Assembly: GCA_964016885.1 (NCBI GenBank)
Contig: CAXHJY010000835.1
Location: 1-30,182, forward strand
From: Eledone cirrhosa
Lineage: Eukaryota
Direction of reading: 5' to 3'
Length of the DNA: 30,182 bases
Under the pieces are notes generated by a model, which saw only the letters and a list, made by a program, of their open reading frames with translations, did no database searches and was not told the DNA's origin. Every line of letters starts with the position of its first letter. Within the stretch, counting starts at the first letter, position 1. Positions 25,563 through 30,182 of the stretch are shown one piece after another. The position numbers and the translations under genes were made by a program.

Positions 25563-25629
25563 TTTTATTATGCGCATTTCAAAAACAAACATCATCAAAC
25601 AATAATATTTGTGTTTTCATCAGATAAAA
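25563..25629 (-). ncRNA. Type I minimal hammerhead ribozyme motif of the RT-encoding element's pseudo-LTR
   Basis: TTTTAT-CTGATGA-AAACACAAATATTATTG.TT.TGATGATGTTTGTTTTT-GAA-ATGCGCAT-A-ATAAAA: core intact, palindromic helix III. Confidence 0.88.
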
Positions 25630-26849
25630 CAGGAGAACATGATATGAAGGCTAAAAAAACACTTGTTGATAGTGCAGTTTTAAATCAACATATGAAAAGT
25701 GGTTTTAGATTGATGTGTGATATTGGGAAAAATATTTTATTTAGAGAGGGGGGGAGAGAAAAGGATGAAAAGGGAAGGAGATGAGAGGGAGAGATGGGTG
25801 ATAGAGAGAAAGAGATAGTTTTTATAACAGAGAGGAGATATATTTTATATAGAGGGGTTGAAAACCGTTGGAAGATACTGTATAAATTAAAAATTTTGAA
25901 AATTAACGAAGGGAGGATATGTGCGAGGAAAAAATATATTATATTTAGGGAGGGGTGGGGGTGGAAAGGATGAAAAAAAGGGGAGGAGATGAGAGTGAAG
26001 GTGGAAAGGGAGAGATGGGTGATAGAGAGAAAGAGATAGTTTTTATAACTGAGAAAAAGATATAATGTTTTAATATAGAGAGGTTGGGAACCGTTGGAAG
26101 ATAATGTATAAATTAAAGGAATTTGAAAATTAACGAAGGGAAATTATGTATGGAGATAGAGAGAAAAAAAATAACGAAGGGAGATTATGTATGGAGATAG
26201 AGAGAAAAAAATAATAATTGTGGGTGAATATTCAAAAGGAGAAATGTAGGAATCTTAAAATTAGCAAAGAGAAAAAGTTTATGTATAGGATTTGAGAAAA
26301 ATTTATATTGAATTCATATGTATTAATAATGAGTTCGTTGATGGGGAGAAAAAAATAATAATAATAAATTAAGGATGAAATTGAGATTAAAAAGATTTAT
26401 GATAGAGAGAAAAAATAATAATGATTGCGGATGAATACTCAAAATGTCAAAAACAAATGTTATTGTTTTACGAAGAGATATAATGAGGGTGATGAGTAAA
26501 CGGGTATTATAGAGTGTATAATGCCCTTTAAAGTAAGGTAGATGGGTATATTTTAAAGAATATATGAGTATATATTAAAAAAAATATATATAATAATAAA
26601 TTAAGGATGAAATTGAGATTAAAAAGATTTATGATAGAGGGAAAAAAAAATAATAATGATTGCGGATGAATATTCAAAATGTCAAAAACAAATGTTATTG
26701 TTTTACGAGAAGATAGGATGAGGTAAATGAATAAACGAGTACTATAGAGTGTATAATGCCCTTTAAAGTAAGGTAGATGGGTATATTTTAAAGAGGTGTA
26801 TGTATATGTGCCTTTGAGAAAAGATTCTAAATTGATAAAGAATTGAATA

Positions 26850-27172
26850 TTAACTGTATACTTTGTGAAAAGTTCTATGGAATTTATGAAGGCAGATGGA
26901 AAACAAATCCGAGCGTCTATTTATTATGGATTCTAGGTTAGAGATAATGGTAAATTTTTCATTTAGGCAGAGATTACAGATTTTAGATAGAGAACTGTTC
27001 AAGTACGAGGATGCAGAAGAAATCTTTTTCCAAAAGATGTTATATTTAATGTTTTTGTCTTTTAAGGACCATATGAGTTCTGAGAGAGCAGTGTTAGTTC
27101 TTTTAAGTTTGTATTTGAAAGATGAATGATGATTATAGAGACGAGCTTTAAAAGAGGTGGAAGTGGAGCCAA
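26850..27172 (-). pseudogene. Inverted duplicate of the GIY-YIG 3' portion
   Basis: Protein GSTSTSFKARLYNHH...HKVYS is identical to the end of the + strand ORF. Confidence 0.92.
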
Positions 27173-29031
27173 GAACTCCGAGGATAAATCTCAAGGATCA
27201 CAAAAACAATTTTCGCACTGAACTACCTGTTAGATTAATCGCCCCCTCTAAATCTGATCTGGGGGTTGTTAGTAAAGCCATCTTGGATAGGATTATCCCA
27301 CAGGTTAGTTCTAATTGCTCTTCTTTAAACCTAAATTTATGGTTTGGTACTTCTGAAGTGATTGGCTGGTTCAACAAATTGGATAATAAAAACAAACTAA
27401 AATTTATTCAATTCGATATTGCCAGCTACTATTCCTCCATTTCGCCTTCACTTCTCAATAATGCTCTATCTTTCGCACTTAAATATTCTGACATCACCAC
27501 AGATGAACTTCACATCATCCTCACCGCACGTAAAACCATCCTAGAGTTCAACAACGAATATTGGACCAGAGCCGATACCTCTAACAACTTCGACATCACA
27601 ATGGGAGCATCCGATTCATCCCAATTGACTGATTTAATTGGTATATTCATTTTGAACTCTTTGAGTCGGAAAATTCCTCAACTTCGCGGTGGAATTTATC
27701 GTGACGATGGACTCTTTACTATCCTAAATTGCAATATAGTTAAACTTAATATTATTAAGAACAATATACGTAATCTCTTTAACCAACATAACCTAAAAAT
27801 TGAATTTGATAATAGTACCAAACTAGCTAATTTCTTGGATGTATCTCTTAATCTTGACACTGGCCTATATTACCCTTACCATAAAAACAATGAGAATCTT
27901 AATTATGTTAACTTTAAATCTAACCATCCTACCAATATCAAGAATGCTATAGTTAATAATATTGGAAATAGAATATCTAACATATCTTCTAATAAAAACA
28001 TCTTTGATGCTAACGCCAATTACTATAATAACGCACTTTCTAAAGCTGGCTATCCAGATAAAATCAAATATAATAAAGAAACAAATTCTAGGAAAACTTA
28101 CAGTAGAATATTTAATCATAACCATTCCAATAATTTTAATAAAAGACCTAGATACAAAAACATAATCTGGTATAATGCTCCTTTCTCCATCTCTATTAAT
28201 AACAATATTCCTAAATTATTTTTTAGTGCCTTAAATAAATGCTTCCCTCCCTCACATATCTATAGTAAAATATTTAACAAACACACCATTAAATTTTCGT
28301 ATTCTACATCCTCCAATATTTCCAACATCATTTCTAAACACAACAACAAAATATTAAATACTAAATCTCTTCCTTCCAATATTGAATCTCATAATAACAA
28401 TAATAGTACTCCTGACGTCATTGTAAACCCTAGGCTAACTTCTGTAAACCCAAATGCAACGTCAAACACAACTTCGCTAAATGTTCATAATCCAACTCTA
28501 AATCAAGAAACTATTATTCCTATTATTCCTATCGCAAACAACTTCTCCAATCCAATTCCTTCTATAGATAACACTAGATCACTCATTAATAATCTCTCTA
28601 ATTGCAACTGCCGCATTAAAAATAAATGTCCTCTCAACAACCATTGCCTCGATAAAAACTTAATTTATGAATGTAAAATTATAACTAGCACCAACTCCTT
28701 CACCTATTTTGGCTCCACTTCCACCTCTTTTAAAGCTCGTCTCTATAATCATCATTCATCTTTCAAATACAAACTTAAAAGAACTAACACTGCTCTCTCA
28801 GAACTCATATGGTCCTTAAAAGACAAAAACATTAAATATAACATCTTTTGGAAAAAGATTTCTTCTGCATCCTCGTACTTGAACAGTTCTCTATCTAAAA
28901 TCTGTAATCTCTGCCTAAATGAAAAATTTACCATTATCTCTAACCTAGAATCCATAATAAATAGACGCTCGGATTTGTTTTCCATCTGCCTTCATAAATT
29001 CCATAGAACTTTTCACAAAGTATACAGTTAA
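27173..29031 (+). CDS. Penelope-like reverse transcriptase plus C-terminal GIY-YIG endonuclease (N-terminus missing)
   Basis: RT motifs LKDHK..VRLI, FIQFDIASYYSSI, ITMGASDSSQL, IYRDDGL and NFLDV; thumb Y.K....YVNFKSNHP; Cys motif CNCRIKNKCPLNNHC; endonuclease LIY..YFGST...FKARLYNH and CNLCLNEK..INRR. No stop or frameshift over ~619 codons. The called GTG start at 27157 lies in the inverted arm. Confidence 0.93.
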
Positions 29032-29086
29032 TATTCAATTCTTTATCAATTTAGAATCTTTTCTCAAAGGCACATATACATACACC

Positions 29087-30165
29087 TCTTTAAAATATAC
29101 CCATCTACCTTACTTTAAAGGGCATTATACACTCTATAGTACTCGTTTATTCATTTACCTCATCCTATCTTCTCGTAAAACAATAACATTTGTTTTTGAC
29201 ATTTTGAATATTCATCCGCAATCATTATTATTTTTTTTTTCCCTCTATCATAAATCTTTTTAATCTCAATTTCATCCTTAATTTATTATTATTATATATA
29301 TTTTTTTTAATATATACTCATATATTCTTTAAAATATACCCATCTACCTTACTTTAAAGGGCATTATACACTCTATAATACCCGTTTACTCATCACCCTC
29401 ATTATATCTCTTCGTAAAACAATAACATTTGTTTTTGACATTTTGAGTATTCATCCGCAATCATTATTATTTTTTCTCTCTATCATAAATCTTTTTAATC
29501 TCAATTTCATCCTTAATTTATTATTATTATTTTTTTCTCCCCATCAACGAACTCATTATTAATACATATGAATTCAATATAAATTTTTCTCAAATCCTAT
29601 ACATAAACTTTTTCTCTTTGCTAATTTTAAGATTCCTACATTTCTCCTTTTGAATATTCACCCACAATTATTATTTTTTTCTCTCTATCTCCATACATAA
29701 TCTCCCTTCGTTATTTTTTTTTCTCTCTATCTCCATACATAATTTCCCTTCGTTAATTTTCAAATTCCTTTAATTTATACATTATCTTCCAACGGTTCCC
29801 AACCTCTCTATATTAAAACATTATATCTTTTTCTCAGTTATAAAAACTATCTCTTTCTCTCTATCACCCATCTCTCCCTTTCCACCTTCACTCTCATCTC
29901 CTCCCCTTTTTTTCATCCTTTCCACCCCCACCCCTCCCTAAATATAATATATTTTTTCCTCGCACATATCCTCCCTTCGTTAATTTTCAAAATTTTTAAT
30001 TTATACAGTATCTTCCAACGGTTTTCAACCCCTCTATATAAAATATATCTCCTCTCTGTTATAAAAACTATCTCTTTCTCTCTATCACCCATCTCTCCCT
30101 CTCATCTCCTTCCCTTTTCATCCTTTTCTCTCCCCCCCTCTCTAAATAAAATATTTTTCCCAATA
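29087..30165 (+). repeat. Internal tandem duplications in the Penelope-like 3'UTR
   Basis: A ~240-bp unit starts at ~29088 and ~29327, and a ~225-bp unit at ~29746 and ~29973; both are mirrored in the inverted arm. Confidence 0.85.
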
Positions 30166-30182
30166 TCACACATCAATCTAAA

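Larger units (their letters stand above)
25525..30182 (+). mobile_element. Penelope-like retroelement, 5'-truncated, with inverted pseudo-LTR; runs off the window end
   Basis: 25704-27172 is a near-identical reverse complement of 28709-30182. RT plus GIY-YIG ORF, hammerhead at the distal end of the inverted arm, (TA)n at the left junction. Confidence 0.93.

Noticed and set aside
26896-27129. 77-aa ORF MENKSER... duplicated at 28752-28985
   Set aside because: Antisense shadow of the endonuclease coding sequence.
27157-27172. GTG start codon of the 624-aa ORF
   Set aside because: It lies inside the inverted arm (antisense endonuclease sequence); the true N-terminus was lost by truncation.

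Overview
Very AT-rich, microsatellite-dense eukaryotic non-genic DNA. The SINE sequences and repeat make-up suggest a cephalopod, probably Octopus (inference). No host gene is recognisable, and nearly all ORF-track entries are translations of (TA)n, (CA)n, (CT)n, (TATG)n or (CCA)n repeats. The only long real ORF (27173-29031) is a 5'-truncated Penelope-like retroelement (RT plus C-terminal GIY-YIG endonuclease) with a ~1.47 kb inverted pseudo-LTR. The main hidden structure is a set of about a dozen minimal type I hammerhead ribozyme motifs, intact or decayed. They sit in several distinct short Penelope-like elements, mostly next to (TA)n arrays, and many are head-to-head fold-back insertions. 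These insertions share one architecture: the inverted copy stops 4-10 nt before a conserved, covarying ACTC...GAGT (or GCTC...GAGC) hairpin that begins a single-copy tail. In one of them (17440-17520) the palindrome centre coincides with the predicted ribozyme cleavage site of the RT-encoding element. Also present are tRNA-derived SINEs, RTE-type 3' ends and bipartite derivatives among (TATG)n arrays, an internally deleted CR1-like LINE with a Myb/SANT-like ORF1 stub, and a TA-flanked MITE. All structures were folded by eye; no searches or computations were run.
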